NCBI RefSeq assembly: GCF_040938485.1
Contig: NW_027272057.1
Span: 1 to 64,000 of the forward strand
Direction of reading: 5' to 3'
Length of the DNA stretch: 64,000 bases
Source: Diadema antillarum
Lineage: Eukaryota
Shown: in pieces, positions 26,887 to 39,752 of the stretch
How the letters are laid out: each line of letters starts with the position of its first letter
Numbering within the stretch: the stretch's first letter is position 1
Translations under genes and position numbers: made by a program
Notes under the pieces: generated by a model
What the model was told of the DNA's origin: nothing
The model's input: the letters and a program-made list of their open reading frames with translations, nothing else
The model's database searches: none

Positions 26887-27135
26887 CGCTCATGTATAAA
26901 TGCATCCACGGACAAGCCCCAACCCAAATATGCAATGATATTGGGATGATTTTGACAGGCATGGGTTTGATACAAAAGCAGCTGATTCGTTGAATGTGGT
27001 ACCACCTAAACCCAAAGTAGAGAATTTTAAAAGCGGCTTTAGACATGCAGGAAGAAAGGAATGAAACTCACTACCAAATGTCTTGAAGAAATCAACGTCA
27101 CTATCAACTTTTAAAGAATTGTATAAGAAAATGCA
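26887..27135 (+). mobile_element. LINE ORF2 3' remnant
   Basis: Translation LMYKCIHGQAP...VPPKPKVENFKSGFRHAGRKE*NSLPNVLKKSTSLSTFKELYKK resembles the C-terminus of CR1/L2-group ORF2 (WNSLP mutated to a stop). Confidence 0.65.
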
Positions 27136-27763
27136 TTTCACTGATTTCATTTAACGCCCCGCTCTAGTATAGCATTACACTTTCTTTCTGTTATACCCGT
27201 TTATATGAGCCAATTTTTGCCGTACAATGTATATTGTATGGTGTTTGTGTGCATGAGTGCTTGAATATGTGATTTGGACATCCTTCTTATACTTGTCTTT
27301 TTGATGTTTGATTTTAGTGTGTATGACTGTTTGTATCTTTTCATTGTTAACTTTTATACAGGCACCTATTTTTGCTTTTCTATTGATTATTGTGCGAATT
27401 CAAGTTCCTGCTGGAAGAGTTTTAAGGTCATATTGTACGCTAGTGGCTTGATTGTATATACAACTTTATTTTTACTTTTTTTTTACATACGTATATGTTT
27501 TGTAATTGTTTTGTACATCCGGTTACAACTGACTTCAACTGGGCGTGTTGCTCCTTCACAGTTTTTTTTTTATATTTATGCAATGTGAGTTTACATTCTT
27601 ATAGGCCTATTTGGATTGTTCAGGACCTTGATGTAAAACAGCACTCACGTGCGAATCTTGTTATCCTGTCAAAATAATTATGTTGAAATAAACAGATAAA
27701 AAGGAATCATATCTTCCAGATAATAATATGAAATGTTAGTCTATATAATTTGATTGATGAATA

Positions 27764-27831
<68 letters not shown>

Positions 27832-29273
27832 CTGTGTGTGTCTGTGTGCGTGTAACTGGTTTTCTGCCGATGAAGCAATTACGAAGAAACAAAAGCGAAT
27901 GATTATTTACAGTTTGAAAATAGTTTGCTTTTCATACAATGGCTATGTATATGTCAATAGCTCTGCTCCAAGATGGTACTAAACCAGTCAATATTTCTTT
28001 GTTTCATCATCATAGGAGATATCTGCTTATAGTGACTGAGGAAATTATAGATCCTTCAAGGTAATTAAACTTACCTGAACATCTCATGGTCAGTAACTCC
28101 TGTTTTAGATGAATCATTCAGTGTCATCTGTTTCTTTAATATGGATGATAACAACAGCGAAGGGGATTGAGTAAGAGAATTTCTTCATTATTACTGTCGT
28201 TATTATCATCATTATTATCATTGCTACTATTATTATTATCATTACTACTACTACTACTACTATTACTGCAATTATTATTGCCAGTTAACTGGAACACTTC
28301 AACCTCGTTAATCATGACCGTTTACACTACAAGATTAATATTTTTCAGACTATTCGATGAGCTAATATGGGAATACCTCCATTTTCTCCTTGATACGCAA
28401 TATTTTAACCCTTGTTTTGGTTCTTGATTTTTTTTTCAGAACGATCCCAAAAGCTGTCGTTATATCTATGACGATAGTAACGACTGTATACTTGCTGGTG
28501 AATGTCGCTTACTTTACGGTTTTATCTGCTGAAGAAGTTTTATCTTCCACTTCAGTAGCTCAGGTACATAGACATTTTTGTTTGTTTCATGCCACTATAA
28601 TCCGACAGCGCATTTTTACATTCCAAAACTCCGTTTATTCAGATGAATTGTGATTTTCAGAGTTTTTAAAAAGCAACTTTGATAATTCATTCTAAAATAT
28701 TTAACCCGTAACTTCTATCTCTTGTTCTTTTACATTTTGAATATGTGAATATAATATATTTCTTTTCTGCTGCATGTGCTATTTTATGCTGTAAATCGAT
28801 ATACGGGCTCAATGAAAAACAACCGTGAGCCAGATAGTTTTTAAAATCCTTTTGGAAGTGAAGGGAAATGAAACAAACGCAAAAGATACAGATATGCGAT
28901 TAGGATGAGAATGCCCCCATCCACTTTGTCATTATGACGAAATGGAAACAATATCTCTGTAGTCTGCAATTGTTTATTTATTATATTAATTATTATTATG
29001 ATTAATCTATCTCTATTTGTGTGAGATGGGCCTTACTTTTATTGGATGCTTTGTGGTTCTATCATTGCATCCACAGTGTTGTTTCCACAGGCAACATAAT
29101 TATCTACAACGAATATTTTAGTGATTTGTTGTTTTTTATCTTTATTCTTTTCGATTTTCATTAGGAATTTGGTCAACATGTTTTTGGAAGTTTCTCGTGG
29201 ACAATGAGCTTGGGTGTGGCTTTGTCTTGCCTTGGAAGCGTAAATGGTACAATCTTCTCCTTTTCAAGGTACC

Positions 29274-29760
29274 ACTGACTGACAAATTGCCCTACATCGA
29301 CGTAAATAAGCACTGAATATTCGTCATTGTAGTACTATTATATATAGCCATGACAAAAAAAAAAATCGTGGGCGTAGGGGAGACCGGGTCTAGTTGTTAC
29401 AATTTTCACATTTTTAGGTCTGTACAAAAAACGAATAGAGGAATCGGCTTCATTTTTGCTTTGAGGATACCTTATTTCTTCCTTTACTTAAAAACAGTAC
29501 AAACTTTGGAAGTCCAGATAATATAAACAAGATATTACGTAATCAATAAACACAAAATTTTGTAACAACTTTCCCCGATGTTGGGGTAAGTTGTTACAGC
29601 ACATGGGGTACTTTGTTACACCGTAGAAAGTCAACTCAAATCGGGTAATGCAGATCTGACGTGTTAGGTAATTTTTAATATTAACCTGTCTGGGTGTGCA
29701 TGTTAGCCTATGCTGGGGTGTATGAGTGTGTTAAGTATGTGGGTGTGTGTGTGTGTGTGT

Positions 29761-29794
<34 letters not shown>

Positions 29795-30300
29795 CCATAA
29801 ATTCCATTGAAAGTGCATTGGGGTAAGTTGTTACACCACTCCATTCTCCAGACGGGTCAAGTTGTTGTAACAACTTGACCCAGTGCGTTTTCAAAAACTT
29901 TTCACACGTTTGGTCAATAAACAATCAAACATCACGTGTTGCTACTTTCACCAAAAGACAGCCAAAACACGCTTCTTTCAACCACATACTCATCACTTAC
30001 TGGAGAAGAATGGATTTGGTGTAATAAAGAAAAATCGAATTTTTCAAAATTTTACTCGGAGAGGTAAAAAAGTGTTTTTTGGACCTACCTTCTACATGTG
30101 ACGTCCAGGCAACGCCAGATTTCGCATGCAGAGATCGTTGGCTATACGTTTTGATTTGATATTACTTGTATAACGCCATCTTTTCATCATAATAGAGAAA
30201 ATGACAGTGTAACAACTTGCCCGTGTAACAACTAGACCCGGTCTCCCCTAAATACGCGAGCAGGATTTAAACATACGACCTCCTAATCTCCGGACAACAC
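29274..30300 (-). mobile_element. tRNA-derived SINE interrupted by a MITE
   Basis: Joining 29274-29376 to 30251-30300 reconstructs a copy of the 16135-16300 SINE. Confidence 0.7.
29377..30248. mobile_element. MITE with a perfect 25-bp TIR and TA target duplication (Tc1/mariner-pogo-like)
   Basis: TA-ggggagaccgggtctagttgttaca ... tgtaacaactagacccggtctcccc-TA; the tgtaacaact motif is repeated internally. Confidence 0.9.
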
Positions 30301-30314
30301 TAACTGTCGGGCCG

Positions 30315-30394
30315 GAGCTCGTTGGCCTAGTGGATAAGACGCCCGTCCAGTGATCAGGAGGTCGTAGATTCGAATCCTGCTCGAGTATGTACGC
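30315..30394 (+). mobile_element. tRNA(Arg)-like SINE head
   Basis: A-box TGGCCTAGTGG and B-box GATTCGAATCC are present, but the acceptor, anticodon and T stems are mismatched. Confidence 0.6.
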
Positions 30395-32119
30395 TGCAAC
30401 AACACCATAGCATATGATCACATTAGAAGAGAACAATTATTTTGATATCCGAATAGATTGTAAAAAATACATTAACAAAATCTTTCTGCATTATTAAAGA
30501 ATGGGAATGATAGAACAATTCTCGTACGTACGATAATGAAAGAAGTTCCCCATCCCCTCTCCCCAAAGAAGAAGAAGAAGAAGAAGAAGAAGAAGAAAGA
30601 AATAGAACCTGAAGAGCAGTTCCCTTTATATTCAAGCTAAGTAAATAATTATTTTCTTTGTCATTTCAGATATATTTGAAAACTAAGAAATATCCAATTT
30701 GTGTTCTTCATTCTGTTTTGATTAATGATAGATTTTTGTTGGTTGCGTCTCGGGAAGGAATGATGCCTTCTATTGCCTCTATGATACACGTGGACAGGAA
30801 GACACCTTTACCTGCTGCTGTTGTCATGGTGACGAACAATAGTTTTTCTTCCAGGATAACTTCTGTGTTCGTACCTTGTGTGGACGTTGCGCTCCTCATA
30901 TGAAATAAATTGCATATGAGGAGCGCAACGTCCATATAGCTTATTCCATACAATTATTTGTGGTTTAATCTTTGAAGTGGTACGCTTCAACAGACTCATT
31001 CTGTGCTCATAAGGTATTGTCTATTATGTAAACTCAAGACTGATTACGATGAGAGTACATGTACTGCCGATTGCAGTGATGACAGCGATGCTTTAATAGC
31101 AATCAATGATAAATCATCGTGTAGCCTCTACTTTCATTAGTGTTGTATAATCGTTACTCTTACTGGACTTAAAAGGTAACAAAATCCAAATAAGTATGTG
31201 GATTGAGTAAAATGTTGAAATATTTGATTTGAATTATATTATTGGTACCTGCATTATCATTGTACATGCACTATACATGTACACATACGTTGAATCAAAT
31301 CAATTTGTCCTTGTATTTCTTCACATAAGTGTCTTTCTTTAACATCACGAATTTCGTTAATCGTAAAACCATAACAGGTTATCGGAATGAGAATCTTGTA
31401 CAGTTTGCCAACATCTCATTACTAAGAGGTAAATTCGATTAATCGAACATGTCGCCACTGTTATACCCCCTGTACGTACGTAGGATGAATGTCAAATCGA
31501 AATGAATGAAACTGAGACGTAGCCAAATTTGTTCTCATATGGCATTTTCTTGCTTACAATATGCTCTTTGTTTTTCGCAGATGCCTATTTGTGTGCTTAT
31601 GATAATGAGCAGTGACGTGTACAGTTTGATCAACTTCTTGAGTATAACTACATGGATCACTGTCGCTGCGACGTGCTCCATTGTCCCCTATATTAGATGG
31701 AAGCGTCCGGAACTAGAGCGACCATTTAAGGTTTGTTCTACGATACGTTGCAATCCATCCATTTTGCACATTAATTGCTAAATGAAATGTAAAGAATATG
31801 TAGAATTTGTCATTAAGCCTACAGTCCATCATAAACCTGCTAGAAATCCAGTACAGGTTAAATCTATCTTGCTATTGTCCTGGGAACTACCCCCCCCCCA
31901 AAAAAAAAGACTTTAGTTCGTTTCTAGACTGACTAAAATGAAACAAAGGGAAATTGATATAATGATATCTCATTATATCTCATGACTGAAGGTGTCTCCT
32001 TTGCTTATCATATTAATCGGAGTTGGATATACACTCTAAGGAAACATGCTGAAACCTGAGTGTTGTCATTGATTCATATGACTTTCCACATTTCCACTGT
32101 TTTACAGAGGAGGGAGATT

Positions 32120-32735
32120 TCAGTTGCGAAATTTATCGCACATTCGCAAGTATCTCACTCCAAAGACAACTGAATGCGTGGTTCACTCTCTTATATCTTC
32201 TCGTCTTGACTTTGCAAATGTGAACTTGATAAACCTTCCAGATTACCAAATACATCGCCTACAGCTGATCCAACACTCTGCCGCTAGATTAGTAACTCTC
32301 ACGAAGAACACTCCACACATCTCTCATGTCCTCCATAAATTGACAAGCGAATTCTCTGCAGGATCTTGATCCTAATTGTCGGTTCACTACATGGCACAGC
32401 GCCAAGCTACCTTCAGAAACTATTCCAGAAGTACAAACCAACTAGATTTCTTTGTTCATCCACTGCGCATACCCTTCGAGTTCCCCGTACTCATCATTCA
32501 TGGGGCAACAGAGCTTTCACTCAGTCTGGCTCTTCTCTCTGCAACTCATTGCCTTTGAAACTGAGAATGCATGGAGACCTCATTAACTCTTTTTTTTTTC
32601 ACTAACTCCTGCGTTTCTTTTCGATCGTGGGTCTTTCCAAATGAAGCAATGTGAAAGGAGGTCTCACCCTATGTGACAGACATGGCGCATTAAAAGACTC
32701 CATTATTTTTTTTATTATCATTATTATTATCATCA
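32120..32735 (+). mobile_element. L2-like LINE 3' fragment
   Basis: Translation RNLSHIRKYLT..VHSLISSRLDFAN..RLQLIQHSAARLV..HGTAPSYL..LRVPRT..GNRAF..NSLP; ends in a ttattatt tail. In intron 8 of copy 2. Confidence 0.85.
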
Positions 32736-35105
32736 TGATTATGAAGAAAACCGACTTGCCGAAGTTGTTTACGTAAACTATTTCTTTTTTTATTAACCAT
32801 CGTGATTATTGTAAATTGTGATAATCGTAAAATGTATGTGATGGCCTCATCAGTCATCACCACTTACTTATTGGTAATAATTATTGTTCATCCTGCATGG
32901 CTTGTGAACCTTTTAAACAATTCTACTTGAACTCGCATAGTTTGGACAACGAGATTTGGGTGGTATTCACCTGTTCAACAATTTGACTTTCTTCTTTTGC
33001 AGGTGCCTCTGGTGATCCCTGTTGTATTCTTCCTGTGCTGCATGTTCATCGTTGTCATGTCTCTCTACAGCAGTCCAGTGGATTGTGGGATAGGTCTGGC
33101 AATCTTCTTTGGTGGAATACCTGTCTATTACATCTTTGTCTGGTGGGAGAATAAACCAATCTGGTTCAACCAAGGCATGGGTTAGTGCATCTTTCCTTGG
33201 TTCCTTAAACCATGTTAAACCATGTAAACCATATTATACTTGGTGGACATTGTCACAAGTGTGACAGAGCATTAGAACACAGTGTCGGTAGTATGAACAT
33301 TTATTTGGCACTTTTAAAATTATTATTTAAAGTCATAAACGAATAAAAGGTTTATAAATGGACCAATGTCGAGCTGGGAAGGAGTGATATTTACCCTCGG
33401 GAATGACTTGTCTGTTCACCAGAGATACCGTTAAAGCAGAATTCCAAACCAGCACATTTTACCAATAGCAGATCTATAGCATCCAGAAGCACATTGATCT
33501 ACAGCACATGAACTAAAGTTTTTTCGTGTGTGATGAGATTTTATGGCACACGATGATGATATTATTTTCTTGCTGGACTTTGTAATATTATTGAGCTCAA
33601 CAGTTAATCACCTAATTGACGAGTAGCCTCTGTAGACCAACACGTACCTCTCTTTGTGTGCGACTGTGATAAGGATCCTTCCTGTTTGTGTGTGTTTCAA
33701 TTTTAGATCGGGCGACGATTTTCCTCCAGCAGCTCCTCTGCGTCGTGCCTCCTGAACCCGAATCCGAGATCTGAATCCATGAGCCAAACTCGCCATCCGG
33801 CGAAATTTAAGATATCCAATAAGACCTCGGTCCTGTCTCAAAATCATAATTGGGTTGCCAAGTTTCTTCAGTTTGTTATTGTATTGGCTTGCTGATGCAG
33901 TCATAATCCACATCCATAATGGTCTTGTATGGTATATCAACCACGGCCGAGACGGTCATGCTATTATCAGAAGGAATGGCCTTCAAGGAGGATGTACCAA
34001 GATGAGTCAAAGGCATCACTTACGGACTAGTAAGGGTTGTTTGCAAGTAAATTGCTTACATTGCGTTTGCCAAATTAAAGGAGATCATTTCATTTAAAGA
34101 TCAATTATTGAAACACTTGTATTTGATATATATTTGTGACATCAGCTTTACCTAGCTTGACCCTTCCAAAACCAACGGCCCCTGGATATCTTCACGGATA
34201 ACTCCACATAAGTACATGTTTGCTAAAATTTGTCTTGTATCGAACACGCTGGTACATGTATATTGTTTGATGTTGGTAAATGGTTGAATCAGCGCTATCA
34301 CGTTTCCTGTTGTGTTAATAGAATAAATGTCAGCCGGCTTTGGCATGCTACATCTGGCTTTTTGCGACGTACTGCGAATATATATTTCGTCATATTTTGT
34401 TTACCCAGACAATGGACCCTATTTTAAACAATTTGCGCTGATGGTAGGGCTTAACGAAAACCCACAAGTCCCTTATCTTGCGCCCAATTTATTGAGTGGT
34501 ATCTGCGGAATGGCAAGTTGTGAAAGAAAGCAGTATATAGGAAACTGTATGAAACAAGCGGAAATGGCAATGAACGAAGAAAAATAAGGTGTGTTGAGTC
34601 TAATCACTTGCCCCCATCTCGTCGGCATTTTTATTTCAGCATGGCGTGCATCTCCGTATTCAAGTTGTAAGTAATTACAATTAAGGGCCATATATTATGA
34701 AGAGCGGTTCATCATCACATAAGTTAGTGGTGGACATCCGCATGAACACTTCGCAATGACGTTCGAAAAGCACAAGTTAAACCTAGAACGTATTCTAGTT
34801 TTTGTAGCGAACATATCTTATTGAATGATACATTTGTGGAAGGAGGCAATAGAGAACTTTACGAGGGACAAATGAAAATGACAAAGAATGTTGAAGAAAA
34901 TGACGAAAATGTGATGAGTGTAATCATCTAACAAATATATGTATGTCTAAGCGTTCATCTCATTATGTCGGCTTATGGTAGGTCGAAGATTTTGTTCGAC
35001 GAGGGCACAGGCACAGTTGTACATGTGATTGCTGACCATGATATTGCCAGTTATGACTGTATGAACTTCTGTAAGATTTTAAAGTCACATAATACAGAGC
35101 AAGGT

Positions 35106-37540
35106 TTAAAAATGATTGATAATACAAGTGTCCGAGCCGAATTCGAAAACATTGACGAAGCCGCATCGTGCAGAGTGATTGACACTCGAGTATGGCTTGG
35201 TCCCACCTGCAGAACCCCTACAAGAGCCCTGGGAGAGATCGCTCTCCCAGCCATCGCCGTTCTGGATGTACGCCTTGAGATCGAACCACCCGTCCTTGGT
35301 CTCATCACAGTTCATAGCAAAGTCTACCATCCAGTAATGCTCACCCCATTCGTTCAGTGGGGTGTAGCCGTAGCCGTCGGACTGCACGTTGGATGCTTTT
35401 TTAGGATCATTGGTGGTCCATACAAGAGGGGTGCCTTCGGCGAAGGAGCCACGATAGCTCCCTTGGTCGATTTCAGCTCCGTTCCAATCGAGAAAATCAT
35501 CACCTGACTTCCAAGAATTGAACTTTTCATTGCTCCCACCAATGTTGTGTGAGATAGGAATGCCACGAGCGTGATGGTTGGCTCCTCCCCTGATGAACAA
35601 GTCCTGTCCAGAAATCGCCTCTTTGTGCACAAATATGACAGTGCGTGCCCAACAGCGGGCGTCAATGTGAATAGCTGCCATAGGGTCATCACCGACGTCG
35701 ACATTGAAGTGTGCGAAACCACTGTTGTCAACATTGATTGTAGGTCCACTACAAGAGCCTGAAGTTGAATTGAAATCTCCCAGAATGATGTTACAATACT
35801 CGCCGCCTGGAAGACCGGTGTACAGCCATTCAGACAATGGGTGCGTGTCTGCATTCAGAACATAGAATGCTTTATTTCCACAACCGAATGCGATCTGATT
35901 ATGTCCATTGTCCCACCAGTTGGAGAGGCCCTGACCATTGGCGGTGTTGCGAAAACCAACCATGTTCCTAATCTGCCTCCAGCGATGTTCGCAGACCCAA
36001 TCCCCACCGCAAGTACCGTCAGGATTGATGGTTACAGAATCAGTGTTTCCGGTGTCGTCTAATGGCGGGCCCTTGTCAGTGTCGTGATGAAATTTGAAGC
36101 TGCTCATGAGCCGTGTCAAGCCATAGGGGTAGGCCAACATAAAGGTCGTTGCCATTTTGTACTCACGGGGATTTTCGTGAGTGATGATGTTGCCCCCTCC
36201 ACCGTGCCCTCGCTGGTTGTCATGGTTATCCACAAAGACAAGAGCAAAGTCATCTCGCAGCATTCCCCATGCCTCGCCAAAGTTCTTCAGATGTTTCATT
36301 TCATACCGGCCTAATTTCAATCGTTCACCAAGATGTAATCCGTACTTAAACTCAGTCACTCGACCGTAAGGAGTATACTCGCTAGCTTTGATGGGTTCAC
36401 CACCCTGATCAATAACTTCCTGAAAGATAAAGGGACGACTACCAGAAGGAAAGAAGTCTGTGTTAAGGTCGTTCAACATGCCAAAAATTGCGCCCAGGTC
36501 AACGGGCCACATGTGTTTGCAAGCATCGACTCTGAATCCAGCTACACCGATGTCAATTAGTTTATTCAGGTACTCGGCGATTTTTAGTCGAACATATTCC
36601 TTTTCAGTATCCAAATCTGGGAGGCCCCTCAGATTGCAATTCCTAACCTGCAACACGTAAATTGTCACGGACAAAACATATCGTAATAAAGGCGTATGAA
36701 TTGATCTTCCATTCCTAAGTAAGCTTATTCCAAGACTTCACAAGAATAATCGAACAGGGAATTACCAAACAGTCCTGACTTTATCGTAGGCTATGATATG
36801 AAATACAAATTGTATTCACATCCAGCGACATGAACACTATACTTAGTAGTTATAAAAGCAGATGCAACAAATGTTTTGAAATCAGAAAAAAAAAAAGATG
36901 ATATGGATTTCATCTTACATGTGAAAGGTATCGAGGACATTATTACAGGATTATGATGTCTGAATTGAATATATAACACTTTCTCTGTGTAAGGGAAATT
37001 CTATGATTGTTTCAAAATCCAATACCAAATATGAAACTACTTGTTCCCAGATGATTTTGTTTCTCACTTTTTGACCTCACCTCAAAGATATTAGTGTAGT
37101 CGGAAATTTCGCCATCCACTGTATTGCATTTTCCACTGTGCGTATTGAAGTCCCATGAACTGTAAGGAACATTTGGAAAGTTATTGTTCCCAAATCTGCT
37201 CCCTGACGTACCAATGCCAGACCCTGAGAATGAATGAAGCAAAAATAAATAAATAGATAAATAAATAAATAAATACATAAATACATAAATAAATAGATAG
37301 ATTAAGAAAATAGATGACACTATAGTGAATAAGGAGGGTGTGCGAGTAGTTAAAATCGCGACAAAGTGTTTCATGACAAGAATTTATTTTCCAGATGTGC
37401 GGGACACGTTTGAAGCCGGTGCTTACATTCAAAGGTGTATTTGCCACTCGACAATGGTGAAAATGAAATTGTTACCAGTATATAACAGAATTATGAACTT
37501 TTGAAAACAATCTCAGAGATTAGAACACTGTAACTTTAAG

Positions 37541-37584
<44 letters not shown>

Positions 37585-39752
37585 TCAAGGCACACATTGT
37601 ACACGTGTACATTGTTTCATATTTCTCTTAACAGTCTGTCTGATCTCGTACGTACAGGCTCTTATATTTACCATGTATACACAGTCCTTCCTCTTTTAGG
37701 AAAGAAAGACTTTTATTATGGTGTGATATGTTTCTACTCTCACTCTCTTGTTGAGTGATACAAGCCTATTGTCACCACGAGTGAGAGAAAAAAACAAAAC
37801 GCCTTCTTGAATCAATTGGTTAACGGCAACTTCATTCCGTTAGGTACACTGTAATCTGGGTTTTAGGAAAATCGGCCTTGCTTCTTCTTCCCTTTTTTTT
37901 TTTTTTGTATGATAGAAGAGTAATCAGGCTTTGATAGAAATAAAACAAACTAAAAAGAAGACTGGTCTTTTCCATAAATGAGATCTTGTTTTTCTGAGTC
38001 TCACATCAAGTCATGTATAAATTTCGATTCATACTGTGTTCTAACCCACCTGAAGCATCTCCCTTCTACAATATTCATTTGTCCAAATTTCGTGATATTC
38101 TTATGTTATCAGATATGTCGTATGCACTTAGGATCAACACAAGTAATTTGACATTGACCTTCTGGGGGAGGTTCTAAGACCCAGAAATCATGAACTCTTC
38201 CTTGAATCACAGCTTTGTAGATTTTTATCATAATTCTAGCATGTTTCTTCCGGAGGGCTTGACCATTATCCTACTTCATACTATAACCTGGCATTTCCTG
38301 GTAAAATTTCGAATTAGTCTAGAATGATGTTAGGGTGAAAGAACTTGCGTAAGTGTGAACGAGCCCGGCAGTATAAAGGCTCCACAATCAACCCATCAGG
38401 CATATACCACCATTCTCATCCAATGTTAGTTCAACTGATCGTGACTTTCGGCAAACAGATTTGCATTCACACGAGGCATACATTTGGAAAGAGAAACAGT
38501 TTTGGAAAGAGTTTTGAGTTCAGTGGTGTTACCTTGCGCCATGTGGTTGATAACAGCATCGGCATAGATTCGCACTCCGACGTTGTTGCAGCGCCTCACC
38601 ATGTCTCGGAGTTCTGCATCGGAGCCGCTCCGGCTGTCCAGCTTGTAACTAACCGGCTGGTAGCGCTCCCACCAGGGTCTGAAGGGATCCAACACCACAC
38701 GGTGCTCATTGGGAGGTGAAATCTGCACGCCGCCGAAACCATAGGGGCCTAGGAATCTATCAAAATGGAAAGGGGATACAGGTATAGATGCAAGGCGGAA
38801 ACATGGCAGTTATAAATGAGGTGAAGAACAGAGAAGAAGTTAAACTCATATGAAATACATATAAATGGTTTAAAACTCCCAGGAGTGTTATTATACATTG
38901 CTCCTAATCACATTTCTCTTATTTTAAGCGTTGATAACACATCACAAAGTGAATAGAAAGGCCGAGTCTTAAAAAAAAAAGAATGAAAGCAGAACGTAAT
39001 ACGATCACTATAAGCACTTATCGAAATCTATCTTGAATCTCCCATCAGGGTAGCAAATCTCACTTTCATGCCGTGACAATAATGATTGGGACCAAAATCT
39101 GAAGTTGAGTTCAACATCATCACTCACAACGCTTACTTAAAAACGGGGTTAAAGGGTTAAACAGGGTCAAGGTAATTAACAATGACTTTCGGAAACCGTC
39201 ATATTCTCAAATAACAACAACAACGAAAACATTGTCTGCACAGGACACGAATGGGCATTCAATACAATATAACAGGTCTCAGAAAACATGGAAAATGCTC
39301 ATTTGCACTTCTCTAAACTTCTCAGGACATTAAGCAATATCAAAGAAAATTTTGGCATTTATATGGAAGGAAACATCGGAAACAATGAACTGTGCACACG
39401 TGTCATATCAAAAACCGGGGATTGTTTCACCAGAAGGCTATGAACAGTTTAAGTGCACATCTGAGAAGCAAAGGATTTCTTTTCAGTGAAGTGTCTCAGA
39501 CATTTTAATATTCTTCATCATCTTGTAGCGTACTTGTCGAAAGTTTCCTGTCTCAATTTGCCGTCCAGAATTTTGAGAAAATTTGGGCGAAGTAAAACAC
39601 TGGTTCACGTACCTTTCGCATTCCTTGGTAATGTCTGTCCATTTCCACTCGAAAAGATGTACTATGGTCTGTTTATTCTCCAATGTATTTGGATTCCATT
39701 GGCTCAGGCAGGAACCAATTAGCATCGAGAAAATAGCCAAAGATCCGATCAT
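35106..39752 (-). CDS. Amy: Secreted alpha-amylase (GH13, animal chloride-dependent type) with an extra C-terminal domain, ~682 aa, 4 exons
   Basis: Exons on the minus strand: 39752-39613, 38756-38533, 37223-37081, 36647-35106 (2049 nt). Signal peptide followed by QWNPN; [39 protein letters not shown]; catalytic motifs [15 protein letters not shown] and [12 protein letters not shown]; YGLTRLMSS (chloride-site Arg); WVCEHRW. Confidence 0.96.

Larger units (their letters stand above)
22891..33774 (+). pseudogene. SLC7 family amino acid transporter paralog 2, frameshifted in exon 3 (pseudogene, null allele or assembly error)
   Basis: Exons 22891-23371, 24707-24832, 26574-26674, 28016-28060, 28440-28563, 29165-29268, 30732-30828, 31581-31730, 33003-33180, 33707-33774. 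Exon 3 is 101 nt versus 100 nt in copies 1 and 3, giving TGA at 26603-26605. The other exons are open with intact splice sites; ~490 aa if the extra base is removed. Confidence 0.8.

Noticed and set aside
30315-30394. Functional tRNA-Arg gene
   Set aside because: A and B boxes are present, but the acceptor, anticodon and T stems do not pair properly, and related sequence is attached to SINE bodies elsewhere in the window.
34965-35854. ORFs 34965-35507 (+, 180 aa) and 35354-35854 (-, 166 aa)
   Set aside because: Antisense or alternative-frame shadows of the GC-richer amylase exon; no recognisable motifs.
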